From the IMG/VR virus record IMGVR_UViG_3300040801_002079, positions 186,001-250,000 of that record: a stretch of 64,000 bases of DNA. One strand, given 5' to 3'. Both the position numbers and the translations under genes were made by a program. How positions within the stretch are numbered: position 1 is the stretch's first letter; each line of letters opens with the position of its first letter. The notes beneath the pieces are model-generated. The model ran no database searches, was not told the origin of the DNA, and was given only the letters and a program-made list of their open reading frames with translations. This document shows positions 42,230 to 49,902 of this stretch, piece by piece.

Positions 42230-42697
42230 TTAATACTCCAATATATCTGTATTCTTCAATTTAAAACGTATATCCATAAGTCTACTACAAAACTCTTGCT
42301 TTGTCAAAACAGTCTCGCTTTTCTTATTTCTTCCGATACTGTGAGTTAGGTTTGCATCGCCTGTAGCTAAGAGAGCTTTGCGGGCCTTTTCGTTCTGAGA
42401 AAATAATGCCCAGTATGCACCATCAAGCAATTCCTGATACTCTGCTGAATCTCGTTTAATAGCTTTATCTTTCCAGTACAATGTTTGATCACGTTGCCAA
42501 TTCTTGCCAGAACCTGCTTTCTTGGCTGCAAACCCAACCAATGTGCAGATATGTTTCTGCATGTCTGGATTTTTAAATTTAAGTGCCTGTAAAAACCCTT
42601 CCATGGAATTACATTCAACCCCATCAAACACAAAGGGATGTGGGGCAAAGTTTGACAATGCATTTGATGGGTATGTTTTTCCCGATCTAATGTCCAC
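42230..42697 (-). CDS. NADAR-like protein (T4 gp30.3 family)
   Basis: ALSNFAPHPFVFDG, SMEGFLQ, LLATG..LTHSIG. Confidence 0.8.
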   Translation of the reverse strand: MDIRSGKTYPSNALSNFAPHPFVFDGVECNSMEGFLQALKFKNPDMQKHICTLVGFAAKKAGSGKNWQRDQTLYWKDKAIKRDSAEYQELLDGAYWALFSQNEKARKALLATGDANLTHSIGRNKKSETVLTKQEFCSRLMDIRFKLKNTDILEY

Positions 42698-42817
42698 TTC
42701 ACTCTCCTATTCTTGACTACCCTAACAGTTAGCATCTACTCAACCTTCCGGCGTGACCTGTGGCTCTAAAGGATTCTGGTCTGGTAGTCGGTACTACAAT
42801 CCTTTTTTCCCATAATC

Positions 42818-42903
42818 TGGAGCGGGTACGCGGAATCGAACCGCAAGTCCTAACGGAATCGGGGTGGAAGCCCGACAGCGACACCAGATAGCTCAGTACC
42901 CGC
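42818..42903 (-). tRNA. tRNA-Gly(TCC) with long variable arm
   Basis: GCGGGTA acceptor, U73, loop CTTCCAC, V-arm TTCCGTTAGGACT. Confidence 0.8.
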
Positions 42904-42909
42904 ATTGTT

Positions 42910-42987
42910 TGGGGTGGCTGGAGGGACTCGAACCCTCGACCTCTGGAATCACAATCCAGCGCTCTAACCAACTGAGCTACAGTCACC
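42910..42987 (-). tRNA. tRNA-His(GTG)
   Basis: G-1:C73, loop TTGTGAT. Confidence 0.95.
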
Positions 42988-42994
42988 ATTGTTA

Positions 42995-43489
42995 TCATTT
43001 AATTTCACGAAACATTACATAATCTAAATGGCAAAAATAAAAGTCTCCATATCGTCTTGATTTTCTATCATATATGTTTCGAACCTTCCATTGTTTTCTT
43101 GTATTTTCAGGAATAATCATACAGTGTGTCAATGTTTTATTCGCTATAACATAAGAATATAATGGCAATTCATGATCGCCATCGGCCTTATATTTTTCAT
43201 CAACGATAATATCAGGGTAAGCAAATTCTTCCTTTGATTTAAAGTTCATATCGGGGCGATGCTTTACCTCAATTCGTCCTTCATTTCCTTCATGTATAAT
43301 CTTTAAATCACCTTCGTCCGTATGACTCCATCGACTTCGGTAATCCGGAGTTAAAGATTGATCCAATTTTACAACATTTAACCCCATACTCACTAACCAT
43401 TGACATACAACATCTGCTGCTACCATGCCTTTACAGTAATCTACTCTAAAATCGTCATCTGGTTTCATATAACTTGCCTTTCCAACCAC
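42995..43489 (-). CDS. hypothetical PD-(D/E)xK-like protein
   Basis: DEGDL...IEVKHR. Confidence 0.55.
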   Translation of the reverse strand: MVGKASYMKPDDDFRVDYCKGMVAADVVCQWLVSMGLNVVKLDQSLTPDYRSRWSHTDEGDLKIIHEGNEGRIEVKHRPDMNFKSKEEFAYPDIIVDEKYKADGDHELPLYSYVIANKTLTHCMIIPENTRKQWKVRNIYDRKSRRYGDFYFCHLDYVMFREIK

Positions 43490-43493
43490 TGTT

Positions 43494-43742
43494 CTATATT
43501 ATATAACTTCCCCAGTTATCTAATTCTCCATTCCATTCATACCGAAGTGTGAATATTTCACCAACGGGGCCAGTCATTGGCTGAACACCTACCAACTGTT
43601 CAACAATCATCATAGGATAAAAATTACGCACATATGAAACCATCCATGATGATTCATCAATTATTCCAACCCTCTCTAAAAAACTTATGCTTGGAGTAAG
43701 GGCTGCAATAACAAAGCCTTTTAATAATGATCGTCTTTTCAT
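43494..43742 (-). CDS. Tat-signal protein carrying a gp23 (Gol-region) fragment
   Basis: MKRRSLLKG; VRNFYPMMIVEQLVGVQPMTGPVGEIFTLRY. Confidence 0.75.
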   Translation of the reverse strand: MKRRSLLKGFVIAALTPSISFLERVGIIDESSWMVSYVRNFYPMMIVEQLVGVQPMTGPVGEIFTLRYEWNGELDNWGSYII

Positions 43743-43759
43743 AATTTTATCCTTTAATT

Positions 43760-43836
43760 TGGCGGGGAAGGAGGGACTCGAACCCCCGACCCGCAGATTA
43801 ACAATCTGCCGCTCTGACCAACTGAGCTACTTCCCC
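43760..43836 (-). tRNA. tRNA-Asn(GTT)
   Basis: loop TTGTTAA, CCA. Confidence 0.95.
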
Positions 43837-44040
43837 TTTACTTTTCTAACAATCCAGTCAATACTTTCCGATCCGGCTAACATCAGGGCTACCCATAAAA
43901 TCAAATAAAGCATGGAATATGCCCCGAATGTATCACCATACGTATCGGCTAAATATTTAAATAATTCATAGCCACCCCATAGATTAAGAATGACCCATAT
44001 TAATTTGAGTATTGATATTCTCATAGCAATAAATAATAAC

Positions 44041-44751
44041 ATGAAACTTAAAGACTTACAAGAAGCCTTCGATACTCAAATTTCTAACATCGATTATGAT
44101 GGACACTTTCCATTTGGTTATATCCAAACCAAAGATGACGATGCTCTTGGTCATGGGGAATTCTCCAGAGTGACGCAAGATAAAGATGATCCCCATATGG
44201 TTGATAAGCAACAGCTTAACAGGACCGACAGGTCTGGAAGCATCTTTGTTGATATGTTTGACCAGTATGCTGAAATCATTGCCGAAGAACGTCTATGGGA
44301 AATGATTCACTTTCCACGAGTTTATGCTATTAAAAAATATACAGACGAAGCTGGTGAGGTTCGCAATAAATGGAAAATGGAAAAACTCATAGAACTGGAT
44401 TCTCTTGACCAAGAAGAAATCAAACGTATGACTCATCGTTATTTTATCCCCGAAGTTGCCGAAGAAGTTGCGGAACTAGATGCGGAAAAAGAAGATCAAT
44501 ATCATTATTCAAACTTTGCTGATGCAATCTCAGTCGCAATACATGAAGGTGAGTGGGATCACTTCAGAGATAAGACCCTAGAGAAAGCCGCTGAAAAATT
44601 AGAAGACATCTATACCGATCTTCGGCAAAATTATGGGTATGATGCAGTTGCTTTGGATTTACATTCTGGGAACATAATGGTTAGAAGAACCCAGAATGGC
44701 CTTCAAGTTGTTTTCTCTGACCCGTTCGCGGGAAGAAAACAATATATGTAA
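44041..44751 (+). CDS. protein-kinase-like protein with head-targeting leader
   Basis: LGHGEFSRV, MEKL, DLHSGNIM, FSDP; starts MKLKDLQE after AATAAATA. Confidence 0.75.
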   Translation: MKLKDLQEAFDTQISNIDYDGHFPFGYIQTKDDDALGHGEFSRVTQDKDDPHMVDKQQLNRTDRSGSIFVDMFDQYAEIIAEERLWEMIHFPRVYAIKKYTDEAGEVRNKWKMEKLIELDSLDQEEIKRMTHRYFIPEVAEEVAELDAEKEDQYHYSNFADAISVAIHEGEWDHFRDKTLEKAAEKLEDIYTDLRQNYGYDAVALDLHSGNIMVRRTQNGLQVVFSDPFAGRKQYM

Positions 44752-44752
44752 T

Positions 44753-44841
44753 TGGTACCGTAGGCGGGATTCGAACCCGCAGCCCGAAAAGACGGGCACA
44801 GGCTCTCAACCTGCTGTGTATACCGATTCCACCACTACGGC
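44753..44841 (-). tRNA. tRNA-Leu(GAG)
   Basis: loop TTGAGAG, long V-arm, CCA. Confidence 0.93.
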
Positions 44842-44849
44842 AAAGAATC

Positions 44850-45006
44850 ATACAATGTGATCACGGGCGTGTTATTTAACCGCTAACGGACCCACTCAAC
44901 CTATTCCATTGTATACGTGCCACCATTGAGCTTGTGGCGTTAAAGTTCTTCCGCATTCTGACCATCCCGGAATCGCGTGATACTTCATTGTCAGCATCCG
45001 TATCAC
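44850..45006 (-). ncRNA. structured ncRNA candidate with two loop-loop pseudoknots
   Basis: four stems, complementary loops CTGAC/GTCAG and CTCAA/TTGAG. Confidence 0.5.
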
Positions 45007-45176
45007 TCTGATAACGACTTTCCCTTTAACAACTTAGATAACAATCTGCGCAAAAGAGTTTGTTTCTCAACTTCACGCTTTCTTAGTGCATAATAGTGTA
45101 ACATAGCTTTCTTGCCTTGTCTACTACGTAATATCATGTCTAACTGCTTCTTGTTCATGCCTGTGTCTCCCGTGTT

Positions 45177-45238
45177 TGGTGGAACTGACCGGACTCGAAC
45201 CGGCAACTTCGCGCACTCTACCGTTGAGCTACAGTCCC
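45177..45238 (-). ncRNA. anticodon-arm-less tRNA-Ala-like RNA
   Basis: acceptor with G3:U70 and A73-CCA, D arm, T arm; only 10 nt between D and T arms. Confidence 0.8.
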
Positions 45239-45540
45239 TATCGTGGTGGTCGTGTTTTTACCACTTCCGAAAATTCATCTTTGTCCAAGTACCAAAATGG
45301 ACTAGATGGTTTAAATCCATGCTGTTCCAATATTGCAAGATCAGCTTTAGTTAAGTAATACATCTTTAGATAATCTTCGGGATGTAAGACTGTATGTGAT
45401 ATCAGCCTGAGTGCGTTGGTCATATTACTATCATCCCATCCACTAGACCCCAACATTCTCACAACCATGTAGATTATCAGGCTGATGCTGCCTGCTAAAA
45501 AAAGTATAACACCTAAACATATCAACATTGCAATTGTCAT
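45238..45540 (-). CDS. membrane protein
   Basis: N-terminal TM, GGAG RBS. Confidence 0.6.
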   Translation of the reverse strand: MTIAMLICLGVILFLAGSISLIIYMVVRMLGSSGWDDSNMTNALRLISHTVLHPEDYLKMYYLTKADLAILEQHGFKPSSPFWYLDKDEFSEVVKTRPPR

Positions 45541-45570
45541 AATTATTCTCCCTTGTTATACTTATTTATT

Positions 45571-45663
45571 TGGTAGTAGGGGAGGGATTCGAACCCATCA
45601 CCAACCTCTAATCTGGAGTTCGAGATTATAAATCTCGTCGTGCTACCGTTACACCACCCTACC
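45571..45663 (-). tRNA. tRNA-Ile(TAT) with long variable arm
   Basis: loop TTTATAA, V-arm AACTCCAGATTAGAGGTT, CCA. Confidence 0.8.
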
Positions 45664-45763
45664 ATTAATACTTCAGGGGAACTCGCTCTCTCCAAGCACC
45701 TTACGGTGGCGAGTCTCATCTGCGGCCTATCCCGTCCATTTTTTACACTGAAGCGATTTTTTT

Positions 45764-45840
45764 TGGTGGACCTAGACGGACTCGAACCGACATCAGCTAC
45801 ATTGCAAATGTAGAGCTTTCCCAAATTAAGCTACAGGCCC
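45764..45840 (-). tRNA. tRNA-Ala(TGC) second copy
   Basis: G3:U70, loop TTTGCAA. Confidence 0.92.
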
Positions 45841-46100
45841 TTTAATACTTTATCTAACCACCAATGCGGATACTTTTCATCTTCATACAATTCATACTTA
45901 AAAAGTAATCCTTGTTCAATGTCTTCGCGCCACATCTTAACGGTGACATCCATATACTTCTTACCAATGTAAAAACCGTTATTATCTTTACATCTTCCCA
46001 GCCCATGTGATTCCTGTAAGTTTAACTCTCTCATGGAATCATCACTGTAATCACAAATGTGTTCCCAGTCTTTAGAAAAAAGTCTGTAGACCTCGCACAT
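45831..46100 (-). CDS. hypothetical protein
   Basis: 89-aa ORF, stop inside tRNA-Ala. Confidence 0.6.
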   Translation of the reverse strand: MCEVYRLFSKDWEHICDYSDDSMRELNLQESHGLGRCKDNNGFYIGKKYMDVTVKMWREDIEQGLLFKYELYEDEKYPHWWLDKVLKGL

Positions 46101-46188
46101 TCTTATAAATTTACCGGTTAATTTCGGTCCTCTGCGTTTAGCTGTGTCATGGCATCCTCCTATGCATTGGTGACATATATTGATAATT

Positions 46189-46266
46189 TGGAGCCGTCAC
46201 TGTGGAATCAAACCCAGTTGGTCGGACTTACGAGGCCCGTGCATCAATCGGCAATGCTTTGACGGC
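46189..46266 (-). tRNA. tRNA-Thr(CGT), divergent
   Basis: loop CTCGTAA; T loop TTTGATT with bulged T stem. Confidence 0.7.
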
Positions 46267-46268
46267 AT

Positions 46269-46513
46269 AAAAAAATGGCTGCTCCCGTAAGAACAGCCAT
46301 TCGATAATAAAGAAAGGTAAACCTCCCACCACAACATAGGGAGCCTTTTGTGGAAATTCTCAGCGCCTCCACCTGTGAGCAAAGCTCTTAGGGTTCGTCC
46401 TTGAGACTCAGGCCGTTCGCTAAAACGTTTTAACCTATGTGCCCATAGGTTCCATCATCTTGCGACATTTACCTTTCAAACACAATACTACACTACATAG
46501 TATTGAATGTCAA
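46269..46513 (-). ncRNA. promoter + structured RNA + terminator unit
   Basis: TTGACA-N17-TAGTAT; closing stem AAAGGTAAA/TTTACCTTT; terminator GGCTGTTC..GAGCAGCC-A-T7. Confidence 0.6.
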
Positions 46514-46514
46514 G

Positions 46515-46591
46515 TGGTACCCACGGTAGGATTCGAACCTACAACATCTGCCTTTTGAAGGCAGCGCCTCTGCCAATTGCGCTACGTGGGC
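46515..46591 (-). tRNA. tRNA-Leu(CAA) with short variable loop
   Basis: loop TTCAAAA, 5-nt variable loop, A73-CCA. Confidence 0.85.
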
Positions 46592-46599
46592 ATAATGAT

Positions 46600-46675
46600 T
46601 GGCAGGCGAGGAGGGCCTCGAACCCCCAACCTGCGGTTTTGGAGACCGCTGCTCTTCCAATTAAGCTACTCGCCT
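46600..46675 (-). tRNA. tRNA-Trp(CCA)
   Basis: loop CTCCAAA, CCA. Confidence 0.95.
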
Positions 46676-47283
46676 ATTTTCTTACAATTCTCAAAATGCC
46701 ACCTAGTCATTCCATTTTGTACACCACGCAATCCACAATGGGGGCAAGTTACATATATCTTTTCTTTCAACTTTAATGATTCGCTAATTTTATTTATATG
46801 TTCTAGTGTTTTTGGTTTCGAAGCAGCTTTTGATGCATGGGACTTTTGTGCTAAAGGGTCGCGCCTAGACCAGTGATTCTTCGACATTAGGTGGCGAGTT
46901 TTATCTGATACTGGTGGTCGCTTTAACGCTGCTTGCCGAATCTTATTCTTTGTTTCAAAATTATGGGATTTACCACTAAATGCACCAATAATTCCGGGAT
47001 TACCTCCACTTCCGCCAACTTTTAAATTATAACATAACGGGCTATTAACTACCGATTCATTAACCAAGCTTCGCTCAATATAAAACATCTCTTCCTTAGT
47101 ATCAACCACGGCTAAAATTTCTTTCTCAAAATTCTCAATTCCATATTTTTTAATGGCTCGTTTCAAAACCTTGCCCGAACCCATATACCCATCATTTAAA
47201 TCAACGGTCTTATGGCAACCTATATAAAACCTACCGTTGATTTTATTTGTTATCTTATAAACAATGTATTTAATGTCTATCAT
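46666..47283 (-). mobile_element. GIY-YIG (Seg-like) homing endonuclease with NUMOD3-like repeats
   Basis: [17 protein letters not shown]; N-terminus near-identical to 33906-34685; TATAAATA upstream. Confidence 0.85.
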
Positions 47284-47304
47284 GTATGTATTTATACTAA
47301 TATT

Positions 47305-47356
47305 TGGTGGGGAAGCCAGAACGAGCCGTTGGCCCGCGTGTGTACACACCCTCCCC
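47305..47356 (-). ncRNA. 52-nt mini RNA with acceptor-like stem and ACCA
   Basis: GGGGAGG...CTTCCCC-ACCA. Confidence 0.6.
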
Positions 47357-47362
47357 ATTGTT

Positions 47363-47452
47363 TGGTACTCTGGGTCGGACTCGAACCGACACGGGCACAC
47401 ACGGCCCACTGGATTTTAAATCCAGCGCGACTACCAATTTCGCCACCAGAGC
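47363..47452 (-). tRNA. tRNA-Leu(TAA)
   Basis: loop TTTAAAA, long V-arm. Confidence 0.93.
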
Positions 47453-47461
47453 ATTCTTGTT

Positions 47462-47515
47462 TGGTGGAGAGTGAGTTGAGTCCATGAAACCCAACGCTGA
47501 TCAGACTTCCTCTCC
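47462..47515 (-). ncRNA. 54-nt mini RNA with acceptor-like stem and ACCA
   Basis: GGAGAG...CTCTCC-ACCA. Confidence 0.6.
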
Positions 47516-47521
47516 ATTGTT

Positions 47522-47596
47522 TGGTGTTACCGACGAGATTCGAACTCGCACCGTCCAGAGTGAAAGTCTGGTGACCTACCATTAGTCTACGGTAAC
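47522..47596 (-). tRNA. tRNA-Glu(TTC)
   Basis: loop CTTTCAC, CCA. Confidence 0.92.
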
Positions 47597-47774
47597 ATGT
47601 TAATTTTAGGGTTAACCGGCATTCAGTGCAGTCTTAGACAAACCACCTGAGGTCGGGATGGTAAAAACCCTCTCAAAAATTTAACCCATCTTTATTACGT
47701 TTCACCCCTCGCGCACACAATAGAAGCTACCTATTGCGGTCTACTGCGCTACTCGGTCAGTCGTAATTCTAATT

Positions 47775-47864
47775 TGGTACGATGGGTCGGACTCGAACCG
47801 ACACGGGCACACACGGCCCACTGGCTTCTAAAGCCAGCGCGACTACCAATTTCGCCACCATCGC
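47775..47864 (-). tRNA. tRNA-Leu(TAG)
   Basis: loop TTTAGAA; paralog of Leu(TAA). Confidence 0.93.
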
Positions 47865-47870
47865 ATAATT

Positions 47871-47946
47871 ATCAAAGCGTTTTTGCCACTTAAACTACTG
47901 TCCCGGTGCCGGGATCAGGTGGGTTTCGAACCCACATCTCCTTGAT
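47871..47946 (-). ncRNA. circularly permuted tRNA-like RNA
   Basis: order T arm, loop-closed acceptor stem, D arm; ends pair. Confidence 0.7.
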
Positions 47947-47957
47947 CATATATTGTT

Positions 47958-48033
47958 TGGAAACCCCGGTGAGATTCGAACTCACACAAACCAGAATCAA
48001 AATCTGGTGCTCTACCAGTTAAGCTACGAGGCT
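47958..48033 (-). tRNA. tRNA-Gln(TTG)
   Basis: loop TTTTGAT, CCA. Confidence 0.9.
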
Positions 48034-48149
48034 ATAAATTTGGTGTGGGATACTTAACGCCCAGCATCGCTCCCACGACAACCCCTGCAATAGAATATCT
48101 CCGCTTGCGGCACCATCTATTACATCTAAGGCGGGTTACTTAAGTAAGG

Positions 48150-48389
48150 TTATCTACATTGCCACTGGTACTGTCCATAGATCATAAACCACATACTTGA
48201 TGTCCATGGTGCCAGTGTAAACGTATAATAATTATATTGATCCCTATAATAGCAATTCATATAATAGGGTGTTTGATTTAGAATCCTAATCACAGGCTGT
48301 CCTGAGTTATTTCGGGTAACCTGCTCAACAACTGCTGCGGATGCTGTTGAAGAAAATAATAGCAGTAATGTTAAAAGTATAGCTCTCAT
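48150..48389 (-). CDS. small secreted protein
   Basis: Sec signal MRAILLTLLLLFSSTASA. Confidence 0.65.
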   Translation of the reverse strand: MRAILLTLLLLFSSTASAAVVEQVTRNNSGQPVIRILNQTPYYMNCYYRDQYNYYTFTLAPWTSSMWFMIYGQYQWQCR

Positions 48390-48727
48390 GGCATATCTCC
48401 TACATCCATTATTTCCTGACGAACTTTCATTATCTCTTTAAGCTGTTCCTTGTACATATCATACTTAATCTGCTCATTAACCGATAATGTTCCACCCGCT
48501 TCTTCAATCTTTCCATACATTTCGATTCTCATTTCAAGTAATAGCATCTGAGTATCTATATGGCGAAGATCGGATATTTCTTTGTGCATGTAACGAGTGT
48601 CGAGCCATAGTGCACCCGTAATCATCATACCAAGTAAGGTTCCCAGAACGGGTCCAAAAAGAATTAATCTTTTATACCATTTCTTAATGGCTCTAGCGGT
48701 TTGATCAGTTTTAACTTCGTCATTCAT
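48386..48727 (-). CDS. membrane-anchored coiled-coil protein
   Basis: single TM; late promoter. Confidence 0.6.
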   Translation of the reverse strand: MNDEVKTDQTARAIKKWYKRLILFGPVLGTLLGMMITGALWLDTRYMHKEISDLRHIDTQMLLLEMRIEMYGKIEEAGGTLSVNEQIKYDMYKEQLKEIMKVRQEIMDVGDMP

Positions 48728-48786
48728 ATACCTATTTATGCTCAGAGCTTAGACATTTTTCATGTCTAAGTGTCTAAGTACAGGAA

Positions 48787-48862
48787 TGGCGGTCCCGGTA
48801 AGAGTCGAACTTACACCATCCAGAATCAGAATCTGGCGCTCTACCAGTTAAGCTACGGGACT
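48787..48862 (-). tRNA. tRNA-Gln(CTG)
   Basis: loop TTCTGAT, CCA. Confidence 0.92.
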
Positions 48863-48867
48863 ATATG

Positions 48868-49167
48868 TTACTGTAGAACATCTTGAATAAGTGATATGTA
48901 GTCACGGTCTCCACGGGTTGTAATTTCATTACCATCCGCTTGGTCCTGTGTTACTATCCATGTTTCCTCATGTACCATTTCACCACTTGAAACACAAACA
49001 AAGTCAGCGACCATTTCAGGGCTATACTCATTGATTTCTTCTAGATATTCCGCGACATACTTATCACGGGCTGCTCTAGCCCTATCAATATCTCCAAATA
49101 TGCCCAAGGATTCTACATTAAATCCACCCGAACATTCAGCATGTTCTAAACGATAAATTTTTTGCAT
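48868..49167 (-). CDS. hypothetical protein
   Basis: ORF in operon. Confidence 0.55.
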   Translation of the reverse strand: MQKIYRLEHAECSGGFNVESLGIFGDIDRARAARDKYVAEYLEEINEYSPEMVADFVCVSSGEMVHEETWIVTQDQADGNEITTRGDRDYISLIQDVLQ

Positions 49168-49171
49168 TTAC

Positions 49172-49438
49172 TTAAGCCTCAAAAAACTCAGGAAGTGCTT
49201 CTTTCAATTCCTTTGTAGTTAAGACGGTATGAGTTAATTCCTCAACAACATCACCAACCTCTTCTCTCAGGTCTTCTATGTTGGAATTAACGTCTTCAAC
49301 CGTTGGCAATTCTTCATAACCGATAAGGTGATTTATGTGTAACTCGCCCTCTTCCTTATCCATTTGAAAAAATACAACCCAGTGCGAACATTCATTAACA
49401 TTAAATTCTTCCATAACTTTTCCTCTTAGTTCCACCAA
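49172..49438 (-). CDS. hypothetical acidic protein
   Basis: ORF in operon. Confidence 0.55.
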   Translation of the reverse strand: MVELRGKVMEEFNVNECSHWVVFFQMDKEEGELHINHLIGYEELPTVEDVNSNIEDLREEVGDVVEELTHTVLTTKELKEALPEFFEA

Positions 49439-49902
49439 TAAGGGACTTCACGATTAGTCCACTTGGCAATATGATTTTTATGCATTTTATAATAATTTCT
49501 ATACGCTTGTACAGGGTTTCCCTCAACTTTACATTCATCGGGCATACACTGTGGAAATTCTGTTAGACCCCTATCTGGCATATTTTCAGGAAGATACATC
49601 AATGCATCAGATTTTTCAACCCATGTTTTGTGCACCTTTCCATACCTGAACGTGTACTCATTACATAATTCTTCGAACAAGTAATATGCCCAGACATAGT
49701 TAGACGCAGATTCTCTCACCCAAACTGCGGAAGGGTGATTAACATGCGTCTTACGATATAAAGATTCTGCTAAGGGTGATTCATAAACATGATGTGCCGT
49801 AGACAAAAGCTGGGCCGTTTCAAGTATCATCTTTACCACATGTTTATCATTGTGGTAACGGGCTGCTTGCTGTACATCTTCATCTAACAAAAATATATTC
49901 AT
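49426..49902 (-). CDS. pyrimidine-dimer DNA glycosylase family protein
   Basis: MNIF.LD, DKHVVKMILETAQLLSTAH, HVNHPS..W, QCMP, AYRNYY. Confidence 0.85.
   Translation of the reverse strand: MNIFLLDEDVQQAARYHNDKHVVKMILETAQLLSTAHHVYESPLAESLYRKTHVNHPSAVWVRESASNYVWAYYLFEELCNEYTFRYGKVHKTWVEKSDALMYLPENMPDRGLTEFPQCMPDECKVEGNPVQAYRNYYKMHKNHIAKWTNREVPYWWN

Noticed and set aside
42729-42998. ORF-track ORFs overlapping tRNAs (also 21119, 21752, 34733, 45543, 46507, 47292, 50301, 54095)
   Set aside because: They are translations of tRNA genes
45003-45238. Two-piece tmRNA (mini tRNA-Ala + ORF + pseudoknots)
   Set aside because: The mini RNA has both acceptor strands and a paired D stem and ends in CCA before the ORF; no tag-like C-terminus
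47694-47767. Hammerhead ribozyme (CTGA..GA and GAAA present)
   Set aside because: The flanks pair with each other as a single closing stem, which is the wrong topology; core has an insertion
47363-47864. CRISPR-like repeats
   Set aside because: Repeats are duplicated tRNA-Leu bodies with no regular spacers
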